Shown here piece by piece: positions 37,855 to 47,368 of a DNA stretch of 53,579 bases. Position numbers and translations under genes: made by a program. Under the pieces are notes generated by a model. The model did no database searches. It saw only the letters and a list, made by a program, of their open reading frames with translations, and was not told where the DNA came from. This stretch comes from a virus (lineage: Duplodnaviria > Caudoviricetes). Each line of letters opens with the position of its first letter. Positions within the stretch are counted from its first letter, which is position 1. Location of the stretch: IMG/VR virus record IMGVR_UViG_3300032266_000862, positions 1-53,579 of that record; one strand, written 5' to 3'.

Positions 37855-38367
37855 CTATTCGATAACTTTCAAATTGACTGCTTTCTCATGTTCCTTCAAT
37901 TTAGATAACATCTCAAACATCTCCTCCCGACTTCCACTCATAATAACATTGTTGGTCTGATTTAAAGTGTGCGGTCCCCCATTTCCGACACCTATCTGAT
38001 GATCTGCCAATTTTTCCTTAACTGTAATTTCCCGATTCTTGGTATCTCTGGTTATTTTATTGGATTCTTTATCAGTAATAATCTTTACTTTATTCTTCAA
38101 TGCATCTGCCTGTGCTTTTCCCAGACTGGAATATGCCTCAAAGTATGCCACATCACCCGTGGAATTAAGCATTCCCTTGGCTTCTTCCATAACTTCAGCA
38201 TTGGAAGCAATAAGATCATCCAATGCTTTTAATGTTCTAATCAATTCAGCAGATTCGTCATATTCTTCTGCTACTTCTGGTTCTTTTATTTTTTCAGATT
38301 TAGACGAGATATTACTAACTGCCAATGCAGACAGAATATCATCCAAATTTTCATTATCCTGATTCAT
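37855..38367 (-). CDS. Terminase small subunit, gp16-like
   Basis: YFEAYSSLGKAQADAL helix and QTNNVIMSGSREEMFEML C-terminus resemble gp16; TAAATA-N5-ATG at 38367. Confidence 0.6.
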   Translation of the reverse strand: MNQDNENLDDILSALAVSNISSKSEKIKEPEVAEEYDESAELIRTLKALDDLIASNAEVMEEAKGMLNSTGDVAYFEAYSSLGKAQADALKNKVKIITDKESNKITRDTKNREITVKEKLADHQIGVGNGGPHTLNQTNNVIMSGSREEMFEMLSKLKEHEKAVNLKVIE

Positions 38368-38372
38368 GAAGA

Positions 38373-38385
38373 TATTTATTAAATA
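38373..38385. promoter_or_regulatory. Back-to-back late boxes tattta-t-taaata
   Basis: Serve ATG 38367 (-, 5 nt) and ATG 38393 (+, 7 nt). Confidence 0.7.
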
Positions 38386-38392
38386 GGATAGT

Positions 38393-38644
38393 ATGAAGCA
38401 ACTTTTTTTAATAATTTGCACCAGTTTGATGTTTTCCTCTTGCACCTCCGTTACTAAATCTGTAGATGCCCCAATTCTGGATTTTCCAGTTAAACCCAAT
38501 TTAATAGCCTATCCAACTCCTCCTGTTATTAAAAAACTGGATAATAATTATGTGGTTATTCCTGAATTGGTAACAAATGCATCATTACTCACAGACTATT
38601 ATAAACGTCTGGAAAGTTGGAAGGAGGTTAAGAACATAAAATGA
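38393..38644 (+). CDS. Pro-rich lipoprotein (o-spanin-like)
   Basis: Signal peptide ending in lipobox-like LMFSS-C; Pro-rich mature part. Confidence 0.65.
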   Translation: MKQLFLIICTSLMFSSCTSVTKSVDAPILDFPVKPNLIAYPTPPVIKKLDNNYVVIPELVTNASLLTDYYKRLESWKEVKNIK

Positions 38645-39051
38645 AATATCTGGAAGATTTGTACATGGAGAAACTTTTGAATACTCCTTCTTTTGAAGAT
38701 CGGTTGCAAGAATTTACTAGTCGGATAGTTTTATTAAAAATGGGGATTGGTTCATTACGAAAAGATATTCATAATAAAAATCTGAAAATAATTGAAGAAT
38801 ATCTGTCCAAGGCTTTGGAATTGTTGAACTTTTCTTTAGTTAGTCCAGATCGGGATTTTGATCAATTATCCAAGAAGGAAAAATTCATTCAAATTCAAAA
38901 ACTATTCAGTTCTTGCCATTTGACATTATTTCAACTGGATAATTTAAATCAGGAAGACCAGAAGATGGCCCCAGAGATTCTGAATAGATTAAAGAATTGT
39001 GTGGATGTAACTTTTGCGCAATTTTCCCGGATTTACGAAAGAAATAGTTGA
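38641..39051 (+). CDS. Hypothetical protein (MKYLEDLYME leader)
   Basis: ATGA overlap with the lipoprotein gene. Confidence 0.6.
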   Translation: MKYLEDLYMEKLLNTPSFEDRLQEFTSRIVLLKMGIGSLRKDIHNKNLKIIEEYLSKALELLNFSLVSPDRDFDQLSKKEKFIQIQKLFSSCHLTLFQLDNLNQEDQKMAPEILNRLKNCVDVTFAQFSRIYERNS

Positions 39052-39076
39052 CATATAGAAAAATAGGGAGTATGAT
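39048..39076 (+). promoter_or_regulatory. Sigma70-type early promoter TTGACA-N17-TATGAT
   Basis: Near-consensus boxes, 8 nt before ATG 39085. Confidence 0.8.
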
Positions 39077-39084
39077 GTCTTATT

Positions 39085-39321
39085 ATGACACACACTACTG
39101 ATATTATTCAATTAACCATTCTTGACGAAAACTACGAATCTCTACACGCTGTAGCATATACAGGAGTTATTTTGAATAAAAAAGAAATTCTAAAATGGTT
39201 GACTTATTCTATTGACGATATTTATGAGCGCAAACGCTTCAAAGATTTAGTAAACCGAAGTTTCTATATACAAGAACCCTTTGTTAATATGAGTAATGAA
39301 ATTTCTCGTGCATTGTTTTAA
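39085..39321 (+). CDS. Hypothetical early protein
   Basis: Follows the sigma70 promoter. Confidence 0.6.
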   Translation: MTHTTDIIQLTILDENYESLHAVAYTGVILNKKEILKWLTYSIDDIYERKRFKDLVNRSFYIQEPFVNMSNEISRALF

Positions 39322-39326
39322 TCATT

Positions 39327-39533
39327 ATGGATAGAGATAAAAAATTATTGGATGCGGTTAATTTACACATAGAAAATCCGTATTACAAAAATGCCTTGGA
39401 AATTCATAGAATATTGTCCCAAGGTCCTTTCGAATCTTCCAGCGGAATGGTTGCACAAGATTATTTTCTTCGTTTAGAGATCAATAAGATGTTGGAAAAA
39501 CATTATGATGAACTATTTCCTCCAGATAAATAG
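39327..39533 (+). CDS. Hypothetical early protein
   Basis: Operonic spacing, followed by a terminator. Confidence 0.6.
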   Translation: MDRDKKLLDAVNLHIENPYYKNALEIHRILSQGPFESSSGMVAQDYFLRLEINKMLEKHYDELFPPDK

Positions 39534-39546
39534 AAAGGTAATAAAT

Positions 39547-39588
39547 AAAAAAAATCCCGGATATTGAAAGATATCCGGGATTTTTTTT
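39547..39588. terminator. Bidirectional intrinsic terminator
   Basis: A-run atcccggatat-tgaaag-atatccgggat T-run between convergent genes. Confidence 0.9.
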
Positions 39589-39599
39589 ATTATCTAATC

Positions 39600-42500
39600 T
39601 TAGAACAATTCGCTAAAATTAACTCCAGTTCCGGTGATCGCCAAATCGACGATGACAAACTTGACGGTCCTAACAAATTTCACATACACTGCAACATTTA
39701 ATACTCCCTGATCAATTGATGCTGGGGTATTATTTCTTTCATCACAAATTATCAAGAAATCGTATAGACCACCACTATCTTTCATGAAGTCCAGAATTGG
39801 TTTCAGTTTATTGCTGAGACGTGTTCTAGTAGTAATAGTATTAGGTTGACCGATAAATTCGACTAGATTTCCTTGAATGCTCTTAGCTAACCAAAGTGCA
39901 CCACGACGAACATTAATTTCTTTCAATGCAGATGCATCTTTCTGAAGAGTCAGAGAATTCCAGTTAAGAATACCTTCAGGGAAACGAACAATCGGATTCA
40001 GGCTCAGACGGGAAAGTAAATCACGTTCACGTTGATTAGGATTGATTGCGAGGTCGTTCACGTTCGCTAACTGACCATTGGAGATACCAAGGGGACTTGA
40101 CCAAGGATATTGATTCAAATCGTTTCTGGCATACAATGCGGCTTCGTATGCACTATTACCATACCATCCGAAGCTATCGGTATTGCTGTCATAAGCCTTA
40201 ATCCAGTTAGCATAAGAGATGCTGTAGGAAGAATTAATTCCTTGATAGAGGTTACGGAGATAAGCATAGATATTACGACCGAAGGTAGAATACTTCTCAG
40301 AAGGTTGGCCGGTTACTGGATCAATAAAGAGTCTCTTCTGACGATCAACGACTTTGAAGTCCTTACCATTTACAAAGATCTGGCGTAATGGATCTTGAAT
40401 GTGAATGTGAGGAGTTCCGCCAGCGGCTTTACGGGTATATCGGGCAAAAGAATCAAAGATATTATAGATAACTTCCCAATTGTCCTGTAAAGCAGAATTC
40501 ATCACAGTCCCGTCATAAGGACTTAGAGAATCAGTATTCACAAAATAAGTGTCGTCATAATTATAACAGATACTAGGATCAGTGATGCAATGATCAGCTT
40601 GAACAGCAGAACGAGTTGCCCAGATTGTGGATAGTCCGTTATCAATAGTGATATCAATAGGAAATTCAATAGGGTTTTCAACTCCACGTAATGCACGTTC
40701 AAGTTTTGCAGGCATATTACCAAGATCTTTGCGGATACATTGGTTATATTTTGCATCTACACAATTAGCGGTGTATGAACCCGCACCATAAATTTTATCA
40801 CCATATTTTCTTAAGGCCAATGCAGGATCAAAGTTTCCGAACATTCCTGAAGTTTTTTGACGGAACATACGCACTGTTTTTTGAGGAAGTCCTGTAGTCT
40901 GATTAGTCCAGCAATTGTTTTCAGAAAGATAAGGATTAACAAAAACGTTCAAATAATTACTGGAAGCATTGACGGTTTTTTCCAAGAAGAAACTACGATC
41001 AGGACCACCAAAATCATCATGAACTTTACGGGTACTGTTGAGGGATCCGACAAATTGTTCTACCCGATATTGATCAAGTTTATTAATAGTTTCGGTCAAA
41101 CGGGAAGGTCGGAATTTAAAGACGGACATAATGAGTGAATCATTATATTGGACTTTTCCGAATTCCAATCCTGCACTTTGATGCACAATTTCAGTGATAG
41201 ATCCGGCATTTCCGTCAAATTCCGAAGAAACTTCAAAATTCAACCGTTCAGGCGGAACAGTGATCCATGCGCCAGAAACTCCGGGACAAGTCTGTTGATA
41301 ATATCCAGCAACTCCAGTAAGATCATCGAAGTTGGTAGCAGGATTAACATTAAGGTTGTCATTTAGTGCAAGATAAACTCCACTGAAGTCATCCAATTGA
41401 GCAGTCTTGACTTTATTAACAACTACGATACCCGCACGAACATCATTATTAATAACGTCCAATGCAGCTATTCCGTTTTCGTATACTCCACATTTCCAGT
41501 TAAATTGAGAGTTCTGAAGAAGTTGGAATTCTCCAGCATTAAGAGACTTGGAAATAGGTTCGCCAATTGCATAGAAGTTGGCATCATTGAGTAATGCATC
41601 TCCAAGTAATGGATAGAAATTGTAACGATATTGTTCAGGGATCTGCAATCCCAGCGCTGTGATGGTAGAACATTTAAGTCCAGCTTCTACAGGAACCCCA
41701 CAGAAAGAAATAAGCATATCAGTGGTTGTGGTATCCTTAGCAGAAGTCGTAACATTAAAGGTTGCTCCAACAGAAAGAGTAGATAAGACAGACAAAGAAG
41801 TTCTGTAAGATCCGGCAACATCAGGACTTGCATTGAAATATTTCAGAACAGGACCCGCAGCATCGGAATAAGTTCCGAAAATATCTCCCGCAGAAACTGT
41901 AACACCTGATAGGGTTTGTCCAGATAGAATCCCTGTATTGATATAAAACGAGGAAATTACGAATCCGCTAGTGGCAGAACTGAAAGTAAAAGGAACTGTC
42001 AACCGGCGACTGTCGTTGGAAAGTCCTGTTTGATTCTCATCTTTGTTGATGCTCAATGCAGAGAGTGACATTCTTTTGACGATATTATACTGAGTATTAG
42101 CTCCGACAACTGTAGGACGAAGTTGGAAAAGAGTCAGATCTTCAGGATTGATATCAGAATCGACTACAAATTTGAAACTAGTCAGAATGGAATTATAATC
42201 AAAAGGATGATCATGGATGTAAAGGAATCCAGGAGATTCGTCAGCAGAATTCAGAGAACATTCCAAATTAGCAGAACCGTAACAGATTTCTGTCGGAACG
42301 AAATTATTAATCAGCCAGGGATAATCGCTTTTAATTGTAGCAAGAGGAATAGTGCGATAAAAATCACAAACATTTTTTTCAACAGCAGAAAGACCAACGA
42401 TAGGAAAAACCAATGCATTATAAGTTTCCGCAAATCCGTAACCTGCACCGGAACCATAGGGCATACGGGTGAAGGTCAATTGTGCATTGCTGGTCGTCAG

Positions 42501-42734
42501 GATTTGTTTAACTGCATTATGGGAATATTTTTCAGCAGGAGTTACAGGAAGTCCGAAAATTTCTTCAAATTCCGTTAAGGTTGAGACAGAAGTGGGTTCA
42601 TCCGTAGGTCCTTGAGGAGTAAATCCGGGAACGAAAATATTCGTCCCAATCGCATTAGTAGTGATCTGCGATAAATCTCGTTCATTCACCAAAACTCCCG
42701 GTGATTCTAATTTCGTATTAAGGGTCTGTGCCAT
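39600..42734 (-). CDS. Tail sheath protein, gp18-like (1044 aa, enlarged)
   Basis: SPGVLVNERDLS, GFTPQGP, INVRR, DFLIICDERNNTP..ID; TAAGTA-N5-ATG. Confidence 0.95.
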   Translation of the reverse strand: MAQTLNTKLESPGVLVNERDLSQITTNAIGTNIFVPGFTPQGPTDEPTSVSTLTEFEEIFGLPVTPAEKYSHNAVKQILTTSNAQLTFTRMPYGSGAGYGFAETYNALVFPIVGLSAVEKNVCDFYRTIPLATIKSDYPWLINNFVPTEICYGSANLECSLNSADESPGFLYIHDHPFDYNSILTSFKFVVDSDINPEDLTLFQLRPTVVGANTQYNIVKRMSLSALSINKDENQTGLSNDSRRLTVPFTFSSATSGFVISSFYINTGILSGQTLSGVTVSAGDIFGTYSDAAGPVLKYFNASPDVAGSYRTSLSVLSTLSVGATFNVTTSAKDTTTTDMLISFCGVPVEAGLKCSTITALGLQIPEQYRYNFYPLLGDALLNDANFYAIGEPISKSLNAGEFQLLQNSQFNWKCGVYENGIAALDVINNDVRAGIVVVNKVKTAQLDDFSGVYLALNDNLNVNPATNFDDLTGVAGYYQQTCPGVSGAWITVPPERLNFEVSSEFDGNAGSITEIVHQSAGLEFGKVQYNDSLIMSVFKFRPSRLTETINKLDQYRVEQFVGSLNSTRKVHDDFGGPDRSFFLEKTVNASSNYLNVFVNPYLSENNCWTNQTTGLPQKTVRMFRQKTSGMFGNFDPALALRKYGDKIYGAGSYTANCVDAKYNQCIRKDLGNMPAKLERALRGVENPIEFPIDITIDNGLSTIWATRSAVQADHCITDPSICYNYDDTYFVNTDSLSPYDGTVMNSALQDNWEVIYNIFDSFARYTRKAAGGTPHIHIQDPLRQIFVNGKDFKVVDRQKRLFIDPVTGQPSEKYSTFGRNIYAYLRNLYQGINSSYSISYANWIKAYDSNTDSFGWYGNSAYEAALYARNDLNQYPWSSPLGISNGQLANVNDLAINPNQRERDLLSRLSLNPIVRFPEGILNWNSLTLQKDASALKEINVRRGALWLAKSIQGNLVEFIGQPNTITTRTRLSNKLKPILDFMKDSGGLYDFLIICDERNNTPASIDQGVLNVAVYVKFVRTVKFVIVDLAITGTGVNFSELF

Positions 42735-42848
42735 TTGAATACTTATAAAAATCGAAAAGAAAGTTATTTATACAGAGAGTCAAAATTGGCGAAAAAGATT
42801 TTCCAAAATAATTTGACTTTTGACAAACTTCTGATATTGTGGTATATT

Positions 42849-43100
42849 ATGAACGAACGAGATACCCCAAGAACAGATGCCCGCGAAGCATTATCTTATG
42901 GACTACACGATGAATGGTGTTTTACATTTTGTCGAAAACTGGAACGAGAAATAAATGAATTGCGACAAGTAATTGAAAATGCTCGACCATTCGTAAAATC
43001 ATGGGGAGCAATAAATGACGAAGAATGGGCACCGTATAAATCAGTTATTGCAGCAATAGACAAAGTGCTCACTAAACCAAACTCATCTTCAACTGACTAA
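42849..43100 (+). CDS. Small early-type protein (DTPRTDA...RKLEREINE type)
   Basis: TTGACT/TTGACA boxes upstream (42813-42848); inserted antisense between tube and sheath genes. Confidence 0.65.
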   Translation: MNERDTPRTDAREALSYGLHDEWCFTFCRKLEREINELRQVIENARPFVKSWGAINDEEWAPYKSVIAAIDKVLTKPNSSSTD

Positions 43101-43710
43101 ATTCAAAGGTAAAAGATCCTTCTAGAACTGTCGTTTCCCGTTGACTGGAATTAATTGCTCCTAAGGATGAAGGAAATGCCCCTTTGTAATCCCATCTTGC
43201 CGTTGGTTTATCATATTCATCCAATGCATATACGGTAAATGTAGTTGCATAATCATTTAAATGAGCATGAGAATTTGGATCAAGGGATTTTCCATCAAAA
43301 GTAGAAATATCTTCATCATTTTGAATATCCAGCCATTTATATAAGATAAAATAGTTATCAAATCTATTATCTATGGTGAAATTAACGGTGATAGGGGGAT
43401 ATACCGGTCTGGAAAGATTGGAAAATTTTAACACTTGTCCTCCGTATCCCTTTTCCATCACATTGATTTTAATATCAGGAACTACAAATCCCCAAATATT
43501 CATTTCCAATCTTTCCAAATTTCCTCCGTGACAATAGCGTTCTTCTTTTTTAAGAATGGGTTGAAGAATTTTAGGAATATCAATTACCAAAGAAAACTTG
43601 TCTTTCCTAGTAGTATTTAATTGGCTTTGTTGACTGGTGTAATATCCAGCATTGGAAATCTCGGGAGCAGGACAGTTTAGATCTGGAACTTTGGGTTTTT
43701 CATTGGCCAT
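43072..43710 (-). CDS. Tail tube protein, gp19-like
   Basis: ITVNFTIDNRFDNY..LYKWL, LDEYDKP..WDYKGAFPSSLG..FTFEFSQ; TAAATA-N5-ATG at 43710; a gp3-like tube terminator cannot be excluded. Confidence 0.7.
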   Translation of the reverse strand: MANEKPKVPDLNCPAPEISNAGYYTSQQSQLNTTRKDKFSLVIDIPKILQPILKKEERYCHGGNLERLEMNIWGFVVPDIKINVMEKGYGGQVLKFSNLSRPVYPPITVNFTIDNRFDNYFILYKWLDIQNDEDISTFDGKSLDPNSHAHLNDYATTFTVYALDEYDKPTARWDYKGAFPSSLGAINSSQRETTVLEGSFTFEFSQLKMSLV

Positions 43711-43724
43711 AAATCTATTTACTT

Positions 43725-46502
43725 TTATACAAATTCCCAAGAACAATTCTCAATCATTTCCTGATATTTCTCTGCAACTTTAAATCCTTTATCCATAGTT
43801 GGATTAAAGAAAATATTAAACTCTTGGGTATGTCCCCCAACATCTCTGATTGGTTTATGTCTTTGGGAAATATTGGTAAATGCAGCATCTGCCAGATGTT
43901 GATTGGGATCAGTGATAACGGTCGGTTTACCTGTATCATCATAATCATGGACTTCCAAATATTGTTCTGCCAGACGCTTCTCTAATAATATCAATGCCCA
44001 TGTTAATGCCATAACATGGTCGTCGTGATGTCCGGGTTTTGCTCCCCAGATTCTATTTGTTTTACGTATAAAGGATTCAAATTCAGAAACAAGAATTGAA
44101 CTATAAATCGAAACCCCTCTACGAATTTCCAGAAAATATTTCATATTCTGAATTCCTAGATTTTTGGCATTTTGATGACAGAAAATACCAGGTTTTTGAT
44201 AATATCCCCGTTTATCATTTTCCATATTATAGGTAACGATATTATCATATCCGTGAACTTCAATTAATGCCTGAATAACAGTTCCTCCATCTGCATTATT
44301 CTCAATACATAGAAATGGTCTTCCCCAAGATCTGGCAATTTTATTAAGTTGTTCAGCAAATACCCAAGGATTAACTTTATTGGAAGCGTATATACCGCAT
44401 AATTCCACATCCATAGGATCGGTAATGTCCAAAATAATAGCAACCGTATAATCTCCTCCTTTACCTTCTGCGACATCAACACCTATAGATATAATTCTAC
44501 CGGGTTGTGGCTCTTTCCATAGTAGATATTCGCCTTCTTCAAATGCAAAATCAGCATCTCTACACATTGCTTTTAGATCTTCGATGATATTTTTGTTTAA
44601 TGCTACTGCTCCATTTTCGAGAAAATGGAGTTCAAATTCTTGATTCCAAAGATCCATATCATTATTGATACTGGATAATTGTTGCTGTTTCCATGCTTCA
44701 TCTCTACCTGGAACTTGTGAATAGTGAATTCTTACAGGTTTCCAATTATTTTTACCTAATTCAGCATCTCGGAAGATTTCATAGAATTTTCCGGTCGAAT
44801 TCTTGGGAGTTGAAACAAGAACTACCTTAGAAGTAGTCGATGAAGACACTACGGGCATTACTGATTTAAAGAATGGTTCAGCAATTTGTTGAAGAATGTG
44901 CGCAAACTCATCTACGAACAAAAGATTGACGGACTTACCACGAATACCACTTTCTGTTGTAGTTGAAACAAATATCTTAGATCCATTAACAAGCTTTAGA
45001 ACTTCTTTAGTAAATTCTGCAACTCCAGTCTTTAACCAGTTAGGTAATTCTTCATAGGATAGTTTAATACGTTCAAGAATTTCTTTAGCCTGTTCTTCTC
45101 GGTTAGCGAGAATAGCAATTTGATAATCCTTTTTAAAGATGGATAACCATAAACAAACTACAGTGAGGAGAGTTGTGTTATGGCTCGGCACAAAAGTTCT
45201 CCCAATAAGATACATCTGTTCAGGATGTTCCACTGTAATACATCGCATAGGAACTGTATCTGCTCGAACTATATTTTTGATATATATGAATTTGTTTCTG
45301 TTGTTCTCTACTTTATCCCGTTTTATTTCGTGAAGTTTTTCTAATTTTCTTTTGAGTCGAAATACCGGTAATTGCGTCTTAAAAGTTACGGAATATACTC
45401 TTGAATATTCTTTATCTTTTATTTTCGGAATTTTAGAAGTGATATTACACTGAATTCCTAAAGAATATAAAATTTCTTTGACCTGTTCTGCCATTTGGGG
45501 AATGATTGTATAAAATTGACAAATTCCGCGCTTTTCGATATGACCATCAGTATCCATCAATCCTTGTATCAATGCTAATCTTTGATCTACCGAAGATTGA
45601 ATATAATCAATGGGAATATGTTTGTTTTTATAGACATTTAAAGTCTTAAGTTTTGTAACAAATGGAATATTATCTTCTTCCCTTTGAATTTTTATCGAAT
45701 ATGTTTTTTTCCAATGTTCTGGAACCATATTTCTGACATTAAGGAGTTTTACTTTATGTGATATATGTGCAAGTGTATTATCAAACATATCGTCTACGTC
45801 CTCTTCTCCACATGTAATTATATTACCTGCCGATGAACCATCACCTAACCATGCTCCGAATAAATATGGATCGATTAGTAATTTTTTTTCAGGATATTTG
45901 ACACAATGTTTTATAGGAATTCGATGTTGGGGTTCCGGTTCTTTCTGTCCCACCAACAATGTATCTAGAATTTGTTTGGTTGTTTTGACTGATCCCTCAG
46001 AATTATGTCGTCGTTCCGACCGTGATTGAGTGAACCATTCATGATTAGCATCTGCTATTACCTTTTCCCCATTACTAAAAGTTAATTCATAACATTCTCC
46101 ATCATTTGTTATATCGTGCGCCTTCACAACTTTTGTAGGATTTCCATACCAATCGAATATTATATCATCGTCTTTCAATTGTCCCATTGTTGTCCAACCA
46201 TTTGGTGTAGGTAGTTGAGTATCAAGCGATAAGAGCTTTCCAACTTGCCTGGACGCGCAAATAACAGTCAACCTATTATCCAATATGCCCAAAATAGCAT
46301 CTCTTTGTGCATCAAACAATTTAATCTTCTGTCTACCAGTATCCAGATTAATAATATAAAAATAATTCTCTGCAAAATATATGATATCGTCCATACACTT
46401 CTGCATTTCTGATGCTTGTTCAACAGTATAATCTACATTGATATTAATTGGTAGAGATTCATTTCCTCCCAGAAATTTATCAGCTTTTTTTACAGATGCC
46501 AT
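43725..46502 (-). CDS. Terminase large subunit, gp17-like, intein-containing
   Basis: Walker A SRQVGK/TT split by the intein, LLFVDEFAH, VSTP, GVDVAEG.GGDY, HHDDHVMA. Confidence 0.95.
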   Translation of the reverse strand: MASVKKADKFLGGNESLPININVDYTVEQASEMQKCMDDIIYFAENYFYIINLDTGRQKIKLFDAQRDAILGILDNRLTVICASRQVGKLLSLDTQLPTPNGWTTMGQLKDDDIIFDWYGNPTKVVKAHDITNDGECYELTFSNGEKVIADANHEWFTQSRSERRHNSEGSVKTTKQILDTLLVGQKEPEPQHRIPIKHCVKYPEKKLLIDPYLFGAWLGDGSSAGNIITCGEEDVDDMFDNTLAHISHKVKLLNVRNMVPEHWKKTYSIKIQREEDNIPFVTKLKTLNVYKNKHIPIDYIQSSVDQRLALIQGLMDTDGHIEKRGICQFYTIIPQMAEQVKEILYSLGIQCNITSKIPKIKDKEYSRVYSVTFKTQLPVFRLKRKLEKLHEIKRDKVENNRNKFIYIKNIVRADTVPMRCITVEHPEQMYLIGRTFVPSHNTTLLTVVCLWLSIFKKDYQIAILANREEQAKEILERIKLSYEELPNWLKTGVAEFTKEVLKLVNGSKIFVSTTTESGIRGKSVNLLFVDEFAHILQQIAEPFFKSVMPVVSSSTTSKVVLVSTPKNSTGKFYEIFRDAELGKNNWKPVRIHYSQVPGRDEAWKQQQLSSINNDMDLWNQEFELHFLENGAVALNKNIIEDLKAMCRDADFAFEEGEYLLWKEPQPGRIISIGVDVAEGKGGDYTVAIILDITDPMDVELCGIYASNKVNPWVFAEQLNKIARSWGRPFLCIENNADGGTVIQALIEVHGYDNIVTYNMENDKRGYYQKPGIFCHQNAKNLGIQNMKYFLEIRRGVSIYSSILVSEFESFIRKTNRIWGAKPGHHDDHVMALTWALILLEKRLAEQYLEVHDYDDTGKPTVITDPNQHLADAAFTNISQRHKPIRDVGGHTQEFNIFFNPTMDKGFKVAEKYQEMIENCSWEFV
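45177..46235 (-). mobile_element. Class-3 intein (353 aa) with LAGLIDADG endonuclease
   Basis: Starts LLSLDTQLPTPNGW, block B ADANHEW, LAGLIDADG-like GAWLGDG and QGLMDTDG, block F MRCITV, ends PSHN|T. Confidence 0.9.
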
Positions 46503-46550
46503 AATTTTATTTACTTTCGTAAAAATGACAATTTTAAGTAAATAACTAAT

Positions 46551-47300
46551 ATGGAAAATGATCTAGTTTCAATTTATGAGAATAGCTACCTACGTGGTGG
46601 TAATATTATCGAAGAAAAGGCAGTCGTCGAACAAGACGAAGATGAGGATACTGATGTAAAGCCCACTTTTAAGAAAACTGCTAAGAAATCCAAAAAATCT
46701 ATGAAAAACAAAAAAAATATTGGTGGAATCACTTATGATTCAGTAAACCGCTCCGAAAATGCCTTTGATCGAATCCTTCGCGAGATGGACGAAATGGGTA
46801 GTATTGGTGACACGGAAGATGTATATGATGCAGATTCTGAATTTGCAGGAGAAGGAGATGATGAAATGATCTCTCTTTCTGAATTACGCAGCATGACCCT
46901 TGGGGAAATTGCTGAATTGCTCCAAAACGAAGTTGGAGAATATGAAGATGATGATGCTTTCGAAGATGAAATTCCTACGGAATCTTATGGATTTATTAGC
47001 GATGCTGGAAATTATAAGGGAGTTCAAGGAACTTATGACGGAAAAGCCAAACCGCAATCCAAATCAACTCGGGTTAAAAACAATGGTGATGCAGATTTTA
47101 ATGCACAAGATACTGGATATGATCCTGATGACACACAAGGTTCTGAAGGTGATCATAACGGTATGCAAGGAACTTATGATGGCAAAGCTCGTCCGCAGCC
47201 CAAATCTTCCCGCGTAAAAGACAATGGCGATATAGATCTTAAACATAATAAGACCGGATATAAAATCTCCACTGGTAAAAAGGAAAAAAACTATTTTTAA
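46551..47300 (+). CDS. Acidic low-complexity late protein with a duplicated ~28-aa motif, possibly an internal head/core protein
   Basis: TAAATA-N6-ATG; G..GVQGTYDGKAKPQSKSTRVKNNGD and G..GMQGTYDGKARPQPKSSRVKDNGD. Confidence 0.6.
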   Translation: MENDLVSIYENSYLRGGNIIEEKAVVEQDEDEDTDVKPTFKKTAKKSKKSMKNKKNIGGITYDSVNRSENAFDRILREMDEMGSIGDTEDVYDADSEFAGEGDDEMISLSELRSMTLGEIAELLQNEVGEYEDDDAFEDEIPTESYGFISDAGNYKGVQGTYDGKAKPQSKSTRVKNNGDADFNAQDTGYDPDDTQGSEGDHNGMQGTYDGKARPQPKSSRVKDNGDIDLKHNKTGYKISTGKKEKNYF

Positions 47301-47320
47301 TATAATTTAATAATTTAAAC

Positions 47321-47356
47321 AAAAAAGACCGATAGAATCAACTATCGGTCTTTTTT
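47321..47356 (+). terminator. Intrinsic terminator
   Basis: aaaaaagaccgatag-aatcaa-ctatcggtctttttt. Confidence 0.9.
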
Positions 47357-47368
47357 GTAAATATCTGA

